NCBI GenBank assembly: GCA_919901565.1
Contig: CAKKPE010000138.1
Location: 11,936 to 75,935, forward strand
DNA: 64,000 nt
Direction: 5' to 3'
From: a bacterium
GTDB lineage: Bacteria > CG2-30-53-67
The notes below the pieces were generated by a model. It was not told the origin of the DNA. It made no database searches and saw only the letters and a program-made list of their open reading frames with translations. A program made the position numbers and the translations under genes. Each line of letters starts with the position of its first letter. Position 1 is the first letter of the stretch. Below, piece after piece: positions 60,701-64,000 of the stretch.

Positions 60701-62936
60701 CTTCAACTCATCTCCTGCTGCCGTGACAGGCACAGTGACAGACAATGCATCCGTCACGGTGAACGGTATTCCCGCTGTGCTCTCCAACGGCACCTTTACG
60801 GCTTTGATTGACCTCGCCGAGGGGACGAATACCATCACGGCATCTGCCTCGGACACATACGGCCAGACCGCATCGGACAGCATCACGGTGACCCTTAGCA
60901 TTTCGCAGGCTCCGATAATAAGCAATATTACGGTGACCGGCATCACCGCGGATTCAGCCGTCATCACATGGACCACGGACCAGCCCGCGGACAGCCTGGT
61001 GGACTACGGAGAAACAGTATCCTATGGAACCCAGGCCGCCGATTCAAACCTGGTCACGGCCCACGCCATCACTTTAAGCAGCCTGAATCCTGGTACGGCC
61101 TATCATTTCAGAGTCACATCCAAAAACGCAGAGGGCCTTTCCTCCTCATCCGGGAACAGCACCTTTACCACCCAAGGTGCTTTGTTTAATGCAGTAGCCC
61201 TTGGAGATTACGGCAATGTCACGGTCATGGAAGTGACCGGGAGCTATGATGCCGGTAATCCTGATGGTACCATAAACGATTCTCCGAGGCAGGCCATCGC
61301 AAAGGAGTTCTACAAGAATCATGCGGACTCTTATGACTTTCTTGTGATCTTTTCCAGCTTTGACTTCACCATGCCCGAACCTGCCGCAAAGGCATTCTAT
61401 CTCGAGGTTAAAAATGATACCCAGGGGATCGGAAAACTGCTTTTTAATAACTCCGGCCTGTACGGGAGCTCAAAACTCCAGGGCATCATAGATATGGGCA
61501 ATATCACAGCCATTATTTCGAATCCTGTTGACCCTATGTCCGATGATACCATTTCTACCCTTGCACATGAGCAGATGCACAGATGGGGTGCAAGTATTAA
61601 GTTCAGAGACGCATACGGTAATGATAGCACCGCACTTCTTGGAAAAGACGGGACCCACTGGAGCTTCCTGCTTAACTCCTATGCATCGGTTCTTTACGGC
61701 AATGACTGGATGGATAATGGAGACGGCACCTTCACATCCACAGGCGGCAGTAAATATTACAGTCCTCTTGATTTGTATCTCGCAGGTTTTTATGACAAAA
61801 CACAGGTTCCTCAGATGCTTCTTATTGATAATCCATTGATTGATGCAACAGGATTGCCTGAGGTCGGTGCAACGATTTCAGGGATCGCACGATACATCAC
61901 GATAGATGATATTATAGCGTCGGAAGGAGAGAGAATTCCAAATGTCTCCACATCACAAAAGCCCTTTAAAACAGCTTTTATACTGATAACAAGACCGGGG
62001 ACATTCGACAGCAATGTATTGCCCGGCATTGAGACAATAAGGAGCGCATGGGCAGGAAGATTTACAGAACTTACACATGGCAAGGGTATGATAATGGATA
62101 TTGCTCCATCAATTGCATTAGCTATCGGTTCTCCTTCGGATGGTGAAACGATAGCTGAACCTGAAGTGACAGTCAAAGGCGCTGTTATCAATAACACAGG
62201 GAATGAGACAGGAGTGATAGTAAACGGTATTCCTGCAACAGTATACGGCACGCAGTTCATAGCTGAAGATGTCCCATTGACAGAAGGATCAAATACCATT
62301 ACAGTCACAGCGACAGATACGGCTGGTATTGCGGCAACATCATCAATACCCGTGAACGCGGTGACAACCGGCGATTATATAAAGCTCTATTCCAATATGG
62401 AATCGGGAATATTACCTCTTGAATCAACATTAAAAATTGACGGCTCCTTCAGTATCACAAACTCAGGCTTGAATATAACTGGCCCCGTACAGCCAACAAT
62501 TCTCTTGTCAAGTGCTGATGAATATAGAGTTAAATTCATTGCTGAGGGAATCTATTTCATAACAGCGAGTACAACCGGACCTGATAATAATATCTATCAG
62601 GATACAATCGCGGTAATGATTTTCAATAAGACGCAGCTTGACGAACTTCTTAAAATGAGATGGGAGAGTATGAGGGGGCAGCTTTCAAGTCAGGATGTTG
62701 ATGGCGCGGTAGGATATTTCGAGACAAATTCTCATGAAGTATATAGGAATCAATTTACGGAATTATCATCCATTCTGCCTATCATAGGCAATGATATGGG
62801 ACAAATTCAATTGCTTACAATTAAAGATAATAGAGCCGAGTACGAAATAATTGTCACGAGGAATAGTGTTACATATTCTTTCAATCTCTTGTTTGTTAAA
62901 GATGTAAATGGATTCTGGAAAATAAGGAAATTCTAA
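57741..62936 (+). CDS. Giant secreted multidomain protein (1731 aa): TSP type-3 Ca-binding repeats, PKD, choice-of-anchor-D-like, CarboxypepD_reg-like, Ig-like, FN3, HExxH motif
   Basis: A signal peptide is followed by [36 protein letters not shown] (TSP3). The PKD domain reads [13 protein letters not shown]...[12 protein letters not shown]. The FN3 reads [23 protein letters not shown]. The HExxH motif is [10 protein letters not shown]. The region has lower GC. Confidence 0.8.
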   Translation: [1731 protein letters not shown]

Positions 62937-62942
62937 AATAGT

Positions 62943-63605
62943 TTGAAATGGAGGATTAAAGTGCGAAACATATTTTTATTGGCTTTAATAATTGGATCTA
63001 TGTTTGTAAATGGAGTAACAAAAGGTTATGCAGGTGGATGGTTGGTTTATAGCAAACCGGAATTTAAAGGGAAGGTTATAGACGCGGAGACGAAAGAACC
63101 GATAGAAGGAGCCGTTGTAGTAGCGGTGTACAGCAAGCAAGCTATCAGGGTTGCACCTGAGTCGGTGGGTATTACTATTGATGTCAAAGAAAGTCTTGCA
63201 GATAAAGACGGGAATTTCCGTATTCCGTCATACATAACAATAATAGACCCTTTTGCATGGAGTAAGCCGGTAACATTTATCATCTTTAAACCTGGATACG
63301 GCAGTTTTCCGGACTGGAGGGTACGTCCTCCCAAGGGCATGAGCATGGAAATAACCTTCGAGAAATTTTTCTCAGGTGAGGTAGGAGTTGAAAAAGAGGT
63401 ATGGGTTACTACTGATCCATGGAAGATTGGCTCAGAGTCTAAAAAAGAAAAGGTTGTTTTTGGCGTTGTTGAACTGCCTAAATTGAAGACGAGGGATGAG
63501 AGATGGAAGGCAAGTATGGTAGGCATAACAGGTTATACTTCAAAGGAATTGCCGCTTTTATATAAGGCACGCGATGAAGAAGATAAAACATTAGGCATAA
63601 AATAG
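62943..63605 (+). CDS. Secreted hypothetical protein (CarboxypepD_reg-like beta-sandwich motif)
   Basis: A signal peptide is followed by GKVIDAETKEPIEGAVVVAVY...KDGNFRIP. There is a 7-bp gap after the giant gene. Confidence 0.45.
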   Translation: MKWRIKVRNIFLLALIIGSMFVNGVTKGYAGGWLVYSKPEFKGKVIDAETKEPIEGAVVVAVYSKQAIRVAPESVGITIDVKESLADKDGNFRIPSYITIIDPFAWSKPVTFIIFKPGYGSFPDWRVRPPKGMSMEITFEKFFSGEVGVEKEVWVTTDPWKIGSESKKEKVVFGVVELPKLKTRDERWKASMVGITGYTSKELPLLYKARDEEDKTLGIK

Positions 63606-63617
63606 GGGAAAAACCAT

Positions 63618-64000
63618 ATGAAGAAGATATTCTTGAAAATATTTATTGCCTTAATATCTTTGTTTGTGTATGGAACAAATAGTGATGCATTAAATGTTAT
63701 GACTCATAAAGCAATAAATACTTATATTTCACAAAATATACTAAATGGAGTTTCTTTGGATATATATTCAAAAACCCAATTAGGATTCGGAAATGGTATA
63801 AAAGAAGAGTTTAACTCTTTAATGATATGGGAATGGCTTCGTGACGGTGGTGAATACGAAGACATTCCTTACTGGTACACTCCTTATTTTCGTTCTGTTA
63901 ATCACTTCCATAATCCGTTGAACGATCAAGGGTATAGTGGTTTTTGGGGTACCGGGATTATGTCCGGTATATCTTCCATGCAATGGGCATTATTGCCTCA
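63618..64000 (+). CDS. Secreted protein, Zn-dependent phospholipase C-like N-terminus (partial, runs off the window)
   Basis: A signal peptide is followed by VMTHKAINTYISQNIL...NHFHNP, which resembles the PLC N-terminal Zn-site region. No stop lies in the window. Confidence 0.4.
   Translation, partial: MKKIFLKIFIALISLFVYGTNSDALNVMTHKAINTYISQNILNGVSLDIYSKTQLGFGNGIKEEFNSLMIWEWLRDGGEYEDIPYWYTPYFRSVNHFHNPLNDQGYSGFWGTGIMSGISSMQWALLP

Overview
This is a GC-rich (~58%) chromosomal window that looks deltaproteobacterial or Desulfobacterota-like, ending in an AT-richer 3' segment (about 57.5-64 kb). All identifications below come from reading the translated ORFs and the DNA by eye; nothing was searched against a database. 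Coordinates I derived myself may be off by 1-2 bp.

Reading left to right:
- 1-9.4 kb: an LPS core or O-antigen-type cluster with GT4 and GT2 glycosyltransferases, a Kdo/WaaP-family kinase, two SAM methyltransferases, an O-antigen-ligase-like membrane protein and a GT9 heptosyltransferase.
- 10-15 kb: a kdsB-pyrG-kdsA-kdsD (KDO) operon.
- 15-20.3 kb: a GGDEF-PilZ fusion, mazG, an aldehyde dehydrogenase, and an MntA/HepT toxin-antitoxin pair.
- 20.5-29.1 kb: addB and addA helicase-nuclease genes on the minus strand, separated by a DUF559 gene and a tandem palindromic-repeat array, followed by a dGTPase-like gene.
- 29.3-36.2 kb: two response regulators (one REC-GAF-HD-GYP), an M48 peptidase with a LysM tail, and clpC.
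- 36.9-44.1 kb: a futalosine-pathway trio (MTAP-like phosphorylase plus two MqnC/MqnE-type radical-SAM genes), an IS200/RAYT-like Y1 transposase with a C-terminal HTH, a CpsB-like PHP phosphatase, and gcvH-lpdA.
- 44.5-50.2 kb: two paralogous secreted DUF302-like proteins followed by a FadL/TodX outer-membrane channel, then pckA.
- 50.4-57.4 kb: a redox-themed stretch with a rubrerythrin-like protein, a small Cys-rich ORF, a DUF255 thioredoxin-domain gene interrupted by one in-frame amber codon, a sensor histidine kinase, a small DUF2892-like ORF, a candidate selenoprotein, and a ThiI-like PP-loop ATPase.
- 57.5-64 kb: a 1731-aa secreted multidomain protein (TSP3, PKD, FN3, Ig-like, an HExxH motif) followed by two further secreted proteins, the last a partial Zn-phospholipase-C-like fragment.

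The two observations I would follow up first are the candidate selenoprotein (a DUF4124-glutaredoxin fusion with an in-frame UGA at a U-P-A-C site and a SECIS-like hairpin just downstream) and the repeat content. At least four dispersed intergenic repeat families are present: a REP-like GC palindrome family, a ~200-bp AT-rich MITE-like element whose right end twice abuts a real start codon, a GTCATTCCCG-ended element, and a GTGGTnCTGTTC hairpin element found just 3' of genes. A RAYT-like transposase gene sits in the same window as the REP-like family.
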